A stretch of DNA of 64,000 nucleotides, from assembly GCA_964016885.1 (NCBI GenBank), contig OZ024742.1, forward strand, positions 351,726,001 through 351,790,000, read 5' to 3'. The notes under the pieces were generated by a model, which saw only the letters and a program-made list of their open reading frames with translations, was not told the origin of the DNA and ran no database searches. Position numbers and translations under genes: made by a program. This document shows, one piece after another, positions 27,186-45,679 of this stretch. The DNA is from Eledone cirrhosa. Taxonomy: Eukaryota. Within the stretch, counting starts at the first letter, position 1; each line of letters begins with the position of its first letter.

Positions 27186-29898
27186 TTCCTTGAATCTCAG
27201 TCATTGATGTTGGTTAACTGGAAAGTCCGTTGGAATGAATATCAAGCCACTACCTGCAGCCTCAGATATTCAGGACGTATCGGAGGGTTCTTGCTGTTCC
27301 AAGCAAGCATGCCTTTTGAAGCGTTCCAAAAAGCGTGAAGGGGCCGATTTTCTTTAACCATCCCTGGAAACATTTGGAGATAGTCCCCAGTGCGCCTATG
27401 ACAATCGGGATCACTTTGACATCATGGCAGTTCCAAATCCTTTTCACCTCCCACTTTAGGTCCTGGTATCGGTTAATTTTCTCCCTCTCCTTCTCTTGCA
27501 CTCTCGTATCGAAAGGGCAGGCCACATCCACAATCAGACACGATCTTTTTTCTTTGTCCACACCCACCAGGTCAGGTCTATTGTGTTCCAGTTTTTTGTC
27601 CGTCTGTATCCTAAAATCCCACAGCACCTTCACCTGATTGTTCTCCATCACCGCCTCTGGCCTATGCTCATACCATTTCTCAGAATGTGGTAAATTGTTT
27701 ACTTTACACAGGTGCCAGTGGATCACCCTGCCCATCACATCGTGTCTCCAGCCCTTATAGTGGGTCTGGGCTAGGTGTTTACACTCGGACACAATGTGAG
27801 CCACAGTCTCCTCTCTCTCTCCACAGATCCTGCACAGTGGCTAGCCTCCCCCTTGTAAATATGTGGCTTCAACCACTTCGTTTTGAGGGCCTGCTCCTGC
27901 GCAGCCATTAGCATTCCTTCTGTAGCCTTTTTGAGGTCTCCTCTTCTCAACCAGTTCCATGTCTGCGGATCTCTAAATTCAGTTTTCTCAAAGAAGGTAC
28001 TATGAAGGGATTTTCCCTTAAGGCTGCTCTTCCTCCTTGATGTTATTTCCTCCTTGGACATCCCCTGGCCTACTGTCCCCTCCTTCAGTACAGTTCTGAG
28101 CATTGGCTCCTTACTATAGGTCACGTATTTGTGTAGGTTGTTTTTCTCCATCTGAACAGAGTCCTCTATGCTGATAAGACCTCTTCCACCCTCAGATCTC
28201 CTTAGGTAGAGTCTATCGACATCACTCCTCTTGTGGAACATGTTGTAGATAGTCAATAGCTTCCTAGTCTTCCTATCCATTTCTTTTTGTTCAGCAACAT
28301 TCCATCTCAGAATTCCCGCACTGTACCTAATAATAGACACAGCTCGGGAATTTACTGCGCTTATGGCATTTCTGCTGTTCAGATGTGACTTCAATACGCT
28401 CCTTACTCTCCGAATGTATTCAGTTCTTAACAATTCCTTCATTTTTTTGTTCTTTATGCCATCAGCCTCCAGAACGCCCAAATACTTGTATCCTTCCTCA
28501 GAGTCAATTTCCTTTATCATCTCACCTGTTGGTATCTGGATCCCGTTACTTCTGCTCAACCTACCCTTCCTCATCACAATGACTCCACATTTGTTAATAC
28601 CAAACAGCATACATATATCACTGCTGAAAATACGGACAGTGTCAACAAGCACATCCAACTCCTTCTCACTTTTCCCGAAGAGCTTAAGATCGTCCATGAA
28701 GAGGAGGTGATTGATGGTAAGCCCTCCCTTTCCCAACTTGTATCCCGCTCTCACTTTTCACAGCATAATGGTCAAGGGCATCAGGGCAAGGGCAAACAAC
28801 AGAGGGGACAGGCTATCTCCCTGGAAGTTACCTCTCTTGATCTTCACGCTTCCCAAGGATACTCCAGTTGATGTCAACTCTATCTCCTAGGACCCCATAC
28901 TCCTGCCCAGCAACTGTCTGATGTTATCTGCCACCCTGAAGATCTCCAGGCTTTTGGTGATCCAAGAATGAGGCACAATGTCAAATGCCTTTCTGTAGTC
29001 TATCCATCACATGGCAAGATCAGTGTGTCTCCTGCTGCAATTCCCCATTACCATCTTATCAATAAGCAACTGGTCCTTTGTACCACGTGACTTATTTCGG
29101 CATCCTTTCTGTTCGTCCGGTAACAAGTTGTTTGTGTGGAGGTGATGGTAGATTTCCTCAGACACAATGCTCGTCAACAGTTTCCACATTACGGACAGAC
29201 ATGTGATAGGTCTATAGTTGGTAACATCATTACCCTTGATTCGGTCTTTCATTATCAGAACTGTGGTACCTTTTGTCAACCACTCTGGCACCTCACCCGA
29301 CACCAAGCAGTCATTGAACATGGCCGTCAGCTTCGGGTAGAGGGATGTTAAATTTTTAATCCAATACCCTTGCACACCATCTGGGCCTGGTGATTTCCAG
29401 TTGGTTAGTTTTTTGGCCTGCCCCTTAAGAGTTTCAACTGTGATACTCAAATCAGTTTGTTGGTGTGCCTGCTCACCGATCTCCCTCTGTACTGTCTCAA
29501 TCCACCCTGCCTGGACATTATGTCTAACATCCTGCTCCCATATTCCTCTCCTGAATGTTTTAGTTTGCTCCGCCCCAGGGATCAAGTCGTTGCCTCTTTC
29601 TTTCCCCTCAAGCTGTCCAAACAGCATCTTCCGGTTGTTGTTGTCGAACATGCGGTTCTGTTTATACTGACTGACTCTGTTCTCGTATCGCCTGATTTTT
29701 GCACTCTTTGCTACAATGCGTTGCTTCAGTTCCTCTATGAGAATATTTAGCTTTTTCCTCCTAGTTTTGTACTTTATTTCCAGTCTATTTTTAGTGCCTA
29801 TGTTTTTTAGTGTCCCATTCAGTAGTGACTCAAGCTTTCCTATGTCATTTCCCATTTCCCCGATTTGACCACTCAGTCGTTTCTTCCACCACGACATG
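27186..29898 (-). mobile_element. 5'-truncated Dong/R4-type non-LTR retrotransposon (RT, CCHC finger, PD-(D/E)xK endonuclease), frameshifted
   Basis: NWKSPGPDG, NYRPITCL, EQKGC, HLLFMDD, HIVSEC, RHD, HNRPDL..VDVACP..K..RY. (TAA)n on both sides. Confidence 0.9.
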
Positions 29899-29931
<33 letters not shown>

Positions 29932-31252
29932 GTTATTATTATTATTATTATTACTATTGCTGATTATATCGATCATACTGTAATTGTGTTGTTTTTGGTT
30001 ATATACACACATCTTAGGGATTGCCTAAGCATTTTTTATTCCAACGAAGTAGATTGTTAGTGCTGAAGCAACAGTTTTGACTGCTGCACACGTATGCAAA
30101 TGGTTCTTGTTTGATATTTGTCAATGTTTCTTTGTTTTCCTTTCTATTAACATGTCTCATCTGAAGATGTGTGTTCTACGAAAAAAAAAAAAACTTTTGC
30201 AAGTGCTGAATTGAAGGATTGTCAGGTGTTTTTTCAAGTGTTTTTTCTCACATATTTCTTCCATTTTAACATCATCCTTATTACAATAAGGATACGTGGA
30301 TTTTATTCCTCCTTTCTATGTATATTATATAATAATATTTGTTGTTTTCAGATTTTATTTCATTTGTTTTCTTCATATTCTTATGTCACTATTTACTGCT
30401 TTGACTTCTTTGAGCCCAAAGATTCGATTTGATGGATTTACCAGATACATTATTGTGTATAACTATTCACTTATTTCTTTATTGCTATATTTATTTGTAT
30501 GACAAATATCCTACATACTTGTTCTACTACTTCTATTTATATTATTATTTGCTTTATGAAATATTCATTGCATTCTGTCGATGAATTTGATTTCATTTTT
30601 AGGCATACATTCAGATTTTTTATTGATCTTATTTAAATGAAAGTTTACTTCAATAAGTTACCTGTACTTTCAGAATTCCGTTATTTGCATCTCTAAATGA
30701 CTAATGATTGAATGGGTTTATAGGATCAAATATGGGAATCACTTCTATTGAAATGATTTTTATGGGAGATTTGATGTATATTTACAACTCCAACATTAGT
30801 TTCCCCTGATAACGAAATCATTATTTGTATATTGTTCGTGGTAACTTGACATGATTGGGCCAGCAGTTATTTCAACATTCTTCTATGACATCTACTTATG
30901 TCTGACCCAAAACACATGAATGCTTTCTTGATAATTTGTTGATATCTTTCTTTTCTCATTCTTCTTTTCTTATTCTTCTATTTTTATACATTTCTTACTA
31001 TTTATAACATACATTGCTTTTTGAATGTCCCTTTAGGTAGAAGATTCAAAGAGATTTCTTGACATATTTGACTCTTCATTTTAAACTAGGTAACAAAGTG
31101 TTCGTAATTTGCTTGGTCACATTTGAGCGTGTACACTTTCTATGCTTTTCCATTTAATTCGAAATAATGTTTAACTAATTTTAATAACTTGATTGCTATG
31201 TAGAGATATCCACTCATACACCTGTCAATATATACATATTTTGCATCATTAT

Positions 31253-31580
31253 CGCCGAGGTTGACTTTGCCTTTCATCCTTACGGGGTCGATCAAATAAA
31301 GTACCAGTAATGCATGGGTATTTGCTGGCCTTGTGCCTAAAGTAAAAACAGTTATTTGGCCTTGTGCCTAAAATAGAAACAATTATATATATAGAAAGGG
31401 CGGTGGAATGGCAGTATCGGTAGAGGGTCGGACGCCATGCTTTGACGCATAGAGTTACGGCCCTTGCCATTCTGAGTTCAAATCTCTCCGAGGTTAACTT
31501 TGCCTTTCATCCTTACGGGGTCGATAAAATAAAAGTGCCACTTGGTAATTGCTGGTCTTGTGCCAAACGTAGAAACAATT
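31253..31580 (+). mobile_element. Two adjacent family B SINEs (first 5'-truncated with a doubled tail)
   Basis: Core and tail motifs. Confidence 0.85.
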
Positions 31581-32349
31581 CTATATATTGAAACATTTAT
31601 ATAGGTATCAAATAACTCCTGTAGATTCTTTCTATATTCTGTTTATATATTTCTGCCTAAAATATTTTTTTTTTTTATTGCATATGCTGTGTTTGTGCAT
31701 TTGACAAGATTTCATCTATACTTAACTTCCACATGTTTTCATTTCAATCTTGTTTACTATCTTATATTCTACTGAACTGTTTCTAAATAAGAGTAGCATC
31801 GTTATTGCAGAATAGGTTTCTGTATGATGCTTATTGTTTGTAGCATTCAAATTCTATAGATTTTATTAGATTATCAAGATATTTCCTTGCTTTAACCTGG
31901 TTATGGTTTCATCTGCAGTGGATTAAATGATCCTTCAGGAATATATCAGGGGATAAATTATAAATATATTTATATTTGCTGCATTCTGGATTTTAACGAT
32001 TCAACTACTAGCGTATTCTATCCATCGTTCATCATTTAGTAGGTTATTATGATGCGTGGTTCTGTTGTATATTCAGTGTTTATTACATTGTGTTATGATC
32101 AACTACTCATTGTTGATACTGGATTTGGCTACATGAATCAATATTTCTTTATGCAATTCTATTCGTAAAAATAATTTTAATCTGTTAAACCTATTTAACT
32201 GCAACCATCTTAAATATGTATTCTTTGTATTAAATTACGTGCTCATTGTCTAATGAGCACGTGTCTAATAAATCAGGGTATTTTGTAGTTTTGAAACATC
32301 ATATATTTCAATAGTTTGTCATTTCCATCATATATCTATATTTGATTTA

Positions 32350-32391
32350 CCGTATGTCCCGTATGTCACCGTATGTCACCGTATGTCACCG
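32350..32391. repeat. 10-bp tandem repeat (CCGTATGTCA) x about 4
   Basis: Seen directly. Confidence 0.85.
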
Positions 32392-32545
32392 ACAAACAAC
32401 AATTTAAAAAAAAAGATTAATTTAAATGGGACCTTTTATTTTTAAAAGAGCACATTTTTACTTCTTTTGTCACTTAATAATGTTCCTTTAAATCTGGTGG
32501 TTTGATGAGAGTGGAAATACCAGTAATATCGATAATCAACATTTA

Positions 32546-32730
32546 ATAATTGTTTCTACGTTTGGTACAAGGTCAGCAATTACTCAGTGCCTTACTGGTA
32601 CTTTATTTTATCGACCCCGTAAGGAGGAAAGGCAAAGTTAACCTCGGCGGGATTTGAACACAGATAGGCAAGGGCCATAACTCTATGCGTCAAGCGTGGC
32701 GCTCCACCCTATACCGGTACTGCCAATCCA
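32546..32730 (-). mobile_element. Family B SINE inserted in the first unit of an 87-bp minisatellite
   Basis: RC of full consensus. The minisatellite unit starts at 32508 and resumes at 32731. Confidence 0.85.
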
Positions 32731-33135
32731 CACAACATTTCATATCAATCGTCTGAGCCCTCGTCTACCAGACTCTGTCTATACGGGAGAGTGGAAATAC
32801 CAGTAATATTGATACACAACATTTCATTGTATCACTCGTCTGAGCCCTCGTCTACCAGACTCTGTCTATACGGCAGAGTGGAAATACCAGTAATATTGAT
32901 ACACAGCATTTCATTATATTACTCGTCTGAGCCCTCGTCTACCAGAGTCTGTCTGTACGGGAGAGTGGAAATACCAGTAATATTGATACACAACATTTCA
33001 TTATATTACTCGTCTGAGCCCTCGTCTACCAGACTCTGTCTATACGGGAGAGTGGAAATACCAGTAATATTGATACACAACATTTCATTATATTACTCGT
33101 CTGAGCCCTCGTCAACCAGACTCTGTCTATACGGG
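32731..33135. repeat. 87-bp minisatellite, about 4.5 units
   Basis: gtggaaataccagtaat recurs at 32791, 32878, 32965 and 33052. Confidence 0.95.
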
Positions 33136-34354
33136 TGTATTAAGTATATAATAAAAATTTTGTATGATACTATTTTTATTTAGTATATATACTTTATGCA
33201 CTTCATTGAGAGGCCATATACAGGAATTCGGATTACCGTCTAGAATATATTATTTTTCTTCTGTGATTAGGATATGCCTATAGGATATGCCAACGTTCGG
33301 CTTCCATGACGCGTGATAGATTTTCGAGGCATATGTTAGGAATAAAACATACCGTCTTCAACGGCGGGAACACGAAAACAGTTATTTAATATATAATGAT
33401 ATATATTTAGTCTTACGCTTTCATATCAAACTCAAATATCTTCGAAGTGGAAAAGTTTTATCTAATGCCGTACAATATGAAAACAATTTGTAGTAGTTAT
33501 TGTAGGTAGTGGTATTTTGATATTTAACTATCTAAAATTATTTACAGAGTGAAAGAGAGGCACTTGAACCACAGAAACTGCTAAAGTCTACTGTGGAATA
33601 TATATATTTCAGCAGGTGACCCAATAGTTATCTCACCTTTAAGATGGGTAAAATGGTAAAAGTGTACCGAGGTAGAGTACATCTGACTGGATTATTTAGT
33701 AGCAGTTGTACTGCATATTCATGCACATGGATACATACCCGTGTATGTGTATACACAAGTGATAATGTGTTTACAATTTATCTCGCGTGTAAATATGTGT
33801 ACATGCATTTTATGTGTCTGTGGGTGATGTTTTTTTGTGTAAATGTGTTATTTTTTATGAGTACAGTCGAATTTATATATGCATTATTATATACAAACAT
33901 TTCTGTAATTATAATTCAAAATTATTTACACGTTGCTTATGCTGTGTATGTGAATATATTTAAAATTATGGCGATATGAATACCATTTAGATTACTTTAC
34001 ACGTAGTTTGCTTTGGTTAAACGTAGCGTGTGATTGATGGGTGACAGATTCCAGAGAAATATACGGATATTTTGATATTGGAATGGAATTATAATTATAT
34101 TTGGCCATTTGTTACAGTCTGGTAGCTTTTGGTGTTTGTTAGTCGTGTTTTTGTTTATTAATATACATTTCTATTAGTTTCTCAATTCTATTTCCTGCTC
34201 TTTCGTTTTGTTAAATATGATTTTTGTACCTTTGTAAATGTTTAACGGAAATTCGTCGATCAAACGTTTTGTTACTCAATGTTTACAAGCATACAGACAC
34301 ATGCATATGCACACAAACACATACGTATATACAAACACACACACACACACAAAT

Positions 34355-34415
<61 letters not shown>

Positions 34416-34420
34416 CACCT

Positions 34421-34460
<40 letters not shown>

Positions 34461-34939
34461 GTAAATGTTTTTAGCTATTTATAATATTTCACATAAATAT
34501 CAATATTGATGATAGTTTGTGATGTGTTTTAAGTGGTCGTTCATATAAAAAAGCTGTTAGAGATGCGAAACGTGGTAAATGAAATTTGGTTTCGGTTAAC
34601 TGGTGAATTGACCTTTTATGAGACACATACTATAGTCATTATTACCAGGTGAGGTAATAGTGTGGAGGCTGATGTGTTGCAACATCTCCTACAACAAAGT
34701 ATAGCTCATCGTCTATAATTTGTGATTTTAATATCTGGCAATAAGTATTTCATGACATAAATAACACAGCTCGTATTATACACACAATACAAAACAGAAT
34801 AATCACTAAAGTAACACAGTGAACTACAAGTTAAATGTCATAACAAAACAAGTAACTTGTATTTGACGATGACTCTATACAGCTCCTACAACTACGATAT
34901 TCCGAACACAGTGATGTACACTCACCAAGCTTTCATTTA

Positions 34940-35410
34940 ACAAGGGAGGACAGGCAGTTTTTATCTGCCTTGGTCAAAGACGAGGTATGGTGGACCCGTC
35001 TGAAAGGGTGGGAAACAGGCACTATGCTCGTCAGCGACGATCTCATTAACTTTTTCAGGTTTTACATGAAAAAGAACAGAGTGAGGAGGCAGGTGGTGCT
35101 TTCCATCCTGTTTCTTGAAAGGTGAGTGAGAGAGGCGAGAATCGACCGTGTGAATGGATCTGCCGTGCGGGTGTACCTTTAGTATTTAAACAGAACAATT
35201 GGAGAGGCCATTTGCCCTAGCCAACAATATGACCGTGGCTCCTGTGGACTTTCCCCACGAGTAAGTCTCGATGGCCTACCCCCAATTGGGTAACATATTT
35301 TTGTCTTTATTTTTTGTTTAGTTTTTTGTTATTGCTATTGTATTTCATTTTATGCACACAAACACCCATATTTGCAACGTCCTTAATGATTTCCTTTTAT
35401 AAATACATCT
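34940..35410 (+). mobile_element. 3' fragment of an L1/Tx1-type LINE
   Basis: Homologous to 41395-41770 (gcagtttttatctg, tgaaaggg, attaactttttca). Confidence 0.7.
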
Positions 35411-35424
35411 TTAATATTATTGGC

Positions 35425-36088
35425 CCTTTATGGTCTGAGTTCAAATTCCGCCTCTCATCCAAAATTGTTGGTCTTGTGACTAAAAAGGAAGCCATTATTG
35501 GTGAATTAGCAGTACCGGTAGAGGGTTTGACGACATGCTTTCTAGCATAGTTACGTCCCTTACGGTCTGAGTTGAAATCCCGCCGAGGTTAACTTTGCCT
35601 TTCATCCTTAGCGTATCGATAAAATAAAGTAACAGTAATACACGGGGATATTTGCTGGCCTTATGACATAAGTAGAAACAATTATTATTATTATTATCAT
35701 TCAGTATCGGTTTAGCGCCGGACAACATGCTTTGTAGCAGAGAGTTACGACCCTTTACGTTCTGCGTTAAAATCCCGCTGAGGTTAGCTTTGCCTTTCAT
35801 CTTTACGGGGTCGATAAAATAAAGTACCAGTCAAGCACTGGAATCGATTTAATCGACTTTGCCCTCCCCCAATAGTGTTGGCCTGTGCCTATATAAGAAG
35901 CTATTATTGGATTGGCAGTATTGGTAGAGGGTCGGACGCTATGCTTTGCATCACAGAATTACGCCCCTTTATGATCTGAGTTCAAATCCTGCCAAGGTTA
36001 ACTTTGACTTTCACCCTTACGGGGTCGATAAAATAAAGTACCAGTAATGCACTTGGTAATTGCTGGCCTTGTGCCAACAGTAGAAACA

Positions 36089-36095
<7 letters not shown>
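35425..36095 (+). mobile_element. Cluster of three to four head-to-tail family B SINEs
   Basis: Repeated consensus near 35425 (deleted), 35498, 35702 and 35909. Confidence 0.85.
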
Positions 36096-42075
<5,980 letters not shown>

Positions 42076-45000
42076 CTCCTTGAGTCTCAGTGATTGATGT
42101 TAGTTAACTGGAAAGTTTGTTGGAATGAATATCAAGCCACTACCGGCAGCCTCAGTTATTCAGGACGTATCGGAGGGTTCTTGCTGTTCCCAGCAAGCAT
42201 GCCTTTTGAAGCGTTCCAAAAAGCGTGAAGGAGCCGATTTTCTTTAACCATCCCTGGAAACTTTTGGAGATAGTCCCTAGTGCGCCTATGACAATCGGGA
42301 TCACTTTGACTTCATGGCAGTTCCAAATCCTTTTTACCTCCCACTTTAAGTCCTGGTATCGGTTAATTTTCTCCCTCTCCTTCTCTTGCACTCTCGTGTC
42401 GAATGGGTATGCCACATCCACAATCAGGCACGATCTTTTTTTCTTTGTCCACAACCATCAGGTCACGTCTATTATGTTCCAGTTTCATGTCCGTCTGTAT
42501 CCTAAAATCCCACAGCACCTCCACCTGATCGTTCTCTATCACCGCCTCTGGCTTATGCTCATACCATTTCTCAGTATGTGGTAAATTGTTTACTTTGCAC
42601 AGGTGCCAGTGGATCACCCTGCCCATCACATCAAGTCTCCAGCCCTTATAGTCGGTCTGGGCTAGGTGTTTACAATCGGATACAATGTGAGCCACAGTCT
42701 CCTCTCTCTCTCCACAGATCCTGCACAGTGGGCTAGCCTCCTCCTTGTAAATATGGTGTTTCAACCACTTCGTTTTGAGGGCCTGCTCCTGCGCAGCCAT
42801 TAACATTCCTTCTGTAGCCTTATAAGGTCTCCTCTTTTCAACCAATTCCATGTCTGTGGAACTCTAAATTCAGTTTTCTCAAAGAAGGTACTATAAAGGG
42901 ATTTTTCCTGAAGGCTGCTCTTTCTCCTTGATGTTATTTCCTCCTTGGACATCCCCTGGCCTATTGTCCCCTCCTTCAGTACAGTTCTGAGCATTGGCTC
43001 CTTACTATCAGTCACGTATTTGTGTAGGTTGTTTTTCTCAATCTGAACACAGTCCTCTATGCTGATGAGACCTCTTCCACCCTCAGATCTCCTTAGGTAG
43101 AGTCTATCGACATCACTCCTCTTGTGGAACATGTTGTAGATAGTCAATAGCTTCCTAGTCTTCCTATCCATTTCTTTTTGTTCAGCAACATTCCATCTCA
43201 TAATTCCCGCACTGTACCTAATAATAGACACAGCTCGGGAATTTACTGCGCTTATGGCATTTCTGCTGTTCAGATGTGACTTCAATACGCTCCTTACTCT
43301 CCGAATGTATTCAGTTCTTAACAATTCCTTCATTTTTTTGTTCTTTATGCCATCAGCCTCCAGAACGCCCTAATACTTGTATCCTTCCTCAGAGTCAATT
43401 ACCTTTATCATCTCACCTGTTGGTATCTGGATTCCGTTACTTCTGCTCAACCTACCCCTCCTCATCACAATGACTCCACACTTACTAATACCAAATTGCA
43501 TACATATATCACTGCTGAAAATACGGACAGTGTCAACAAGCACATCCAACTCCTTCTCACTCTTCCCGAAGAGCTTAAGATCGTCCATGAAGAGGTGGTG
43601 ATTGATGGTAAGCCCTCCCTTTCCCAACCTGTATCCTGCTGTCACTTTTCGCATTACACTGGTCAGGGGCACCAGGGCAAGGACAAACAACAGAGAGGAC
43701 AGGCTATCTCCCTGGAAGATACCTCTCTTGATCTTCACGCTTCCCAAGGATTCTCCAGTTGATGTCAACTCTGTTTCCCAGGACCTCATACTTTTTCCCA
43801 ACAACTGTCTGATGTTATCTGCCACCTTGAAGATCTCCAGGCTTTTGGTGATCCAAGAATGAGGCACCATGTCAAATGCCTTTCTGTAGTATATCCATCC
43901 CATGGCAAGATCAGTGTGTCTCCTCTTGCAATTCCCCATTACCATCTTATCAATAAGTAACTGGTCCTTTGTACCACGTGACTTCTTTCGGCATCCTTTC
44001 TGTTCGTCCGGTAATAAGTTGTTTGTGTGGAGGTGATGGTAGATTTCCTCAGACACAATGCTCGTCAACAGTTTCCACATTACGGACAGACATGTGATAG
44101 GTCTATAGTTGGTAACATCATTACCCTTGATTTGGTCTTTCATTATCAGAACTGTGGTACCTTTTGTCAACCACTCTGGTACCTCACCTGACATCAAGCA
44201 GTCATTGAACATGGTTGTCAGTTTCGGGTGGAGGGATGTTATATTGTTAATCCAATAGCCTGCACACTATCTGGGCCTGGTGATTTCCAGTTGGTTAGTT
44301 TTTTGGCCTGCCCCTTAAGAGTCTCAACTGTGATACTCAAATCAGTTTGTTGGTGTGCCTGTTCACTGATCTCCTTCTGTACTGTCTTAATCCACAGTGC
44401 CTGGTCATTATGTCTAACATCCTGCTCCGATATTCCTCTCCTGAATGTTTTAGTTTGTTCCGCCTCAGGGATCAAGTCGTTGCCTCTTTCTTTCCCTTCA
44501 AGCTGTCCAAACAGCATCTTCTGGTTGTTGTCGAACATGCCGTTCTGTTTATACTGACTGACTCTGTTCTCGTATCGCCTGATTTGTGCACTCTTTGCTA
44601 CAATGCGTTGCTTCAGTTCCTCTATGATAATATTTAGCTTTTTCCTCCTAGTTTTGTACTTTATTTCCAGTCTATTTTTAGTGTCTATGTTTTTTAGTGT
44701 CCCATTCAGTAGGGACTCAAGCTTTCCAATGTCATTTCTCATTTCCCTGATTCGACCACTCAGTCGTTTCTTCCACCAAGGCTCTGCTCTTTCTTGTCTA
44801 TGGTTTCCTCTCGCTTTTATACCAAGTAGGTTCCTCACCGTATTTGCTGTTGCTTTGAGGATAATGTTGCACTGGTGAAGGTTCCTCGCCTGAAGGTATG
44901 GGATGATTTTGTGTACATTAGCTGTTGTTTCTTTTAACATTTTCCTGTCTACAAATCTTAGGTTCATAGGTCTCCCACTATCATTGTTCAATTCATCTAC

Positions 45001-45676
45001 CACTAAATTTAGCATATTAAACAAATCTTGTCCTAGCCCGTCAGCATTCATCTCCTCAGTGCCCGTATCTCTGTTCCAGGTATTATTTATCTCAGTATTC
45101 AGATCATTGTCTGCTTCGGGTGGTTCTTCCGTTCTCTCGACCTCTTCATCTTCATTTCCCACTGGCTCGTTTGCCTGGCATATTCCACCCTCCATCTCCA
45201 AGCTAATCTCTCTGCTCAGTTCCTCCAGTTCCAGCTCGGTTATCCACCCATTAGTTCTTATTACCCGAGCCTTCCCGGCCAACTTTTGTTCATCTAATTT
45301 AAATAGACCAATCTCGTTCCAGATGTTATGCATCCGTTTCCTATAGCCCCTCTCCTTGGGGCTACTTTTCAGGTAACATTGCATAACAGTTCTATTCAAT
45401 TCTTTCGTCCAGTTGGTTCTGGTCCCTTTCCTTCTTCTTCCTCCGACACCAGCAGCATTTGGTTGACAGCCAGGTCCCTGCTGCTGAGCCAGGGAGCACC
45501 TGTTGGGTGAGAGTCTGTCACATGTCGTTCTAGTCTCCATTTCACTGTTATTCGAACTGTTTAGGTTTGACATTTAAACACTCTTATCGAGGATTGGCGA
45601 ATGTATGATTACATAACCACCGGCGGATTCACCGCCTCCGGTGGTTGCGTCACTCCACGTGGCTCTTGTGTGGCAT
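42076..45676 (-). mobile_element. Full-length Dong/R4-type RLE retrotransposon, same family as 27186-29898; single ORF 45573-42152 with stops and frameshifts
   Basis: N-terminal WTKELN..VMQCY..RGYRKRM..W, RT (GIFQGDSLS, FMDD), CRIC..ETVAHIVSDC, RLE motif. 3' end in (TAA)n. Confidence 0.92.
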
Positions 45677-45679
45677 TAT

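Noticed and set aside
32731-33135. 87-bp array as CRISPR or tandem hammerheads (CTGAG...GAAATAC)
   Set aside because: No unique spacers; the core lacks CTGANGA and the U-H cleavage junction.
34645-34715. Possible small minus-strand exon (DELYFVVGDVATHQPPHYYLTW)
   Set aside because: Weak acceptor, no partner exons and no recognisable motif.
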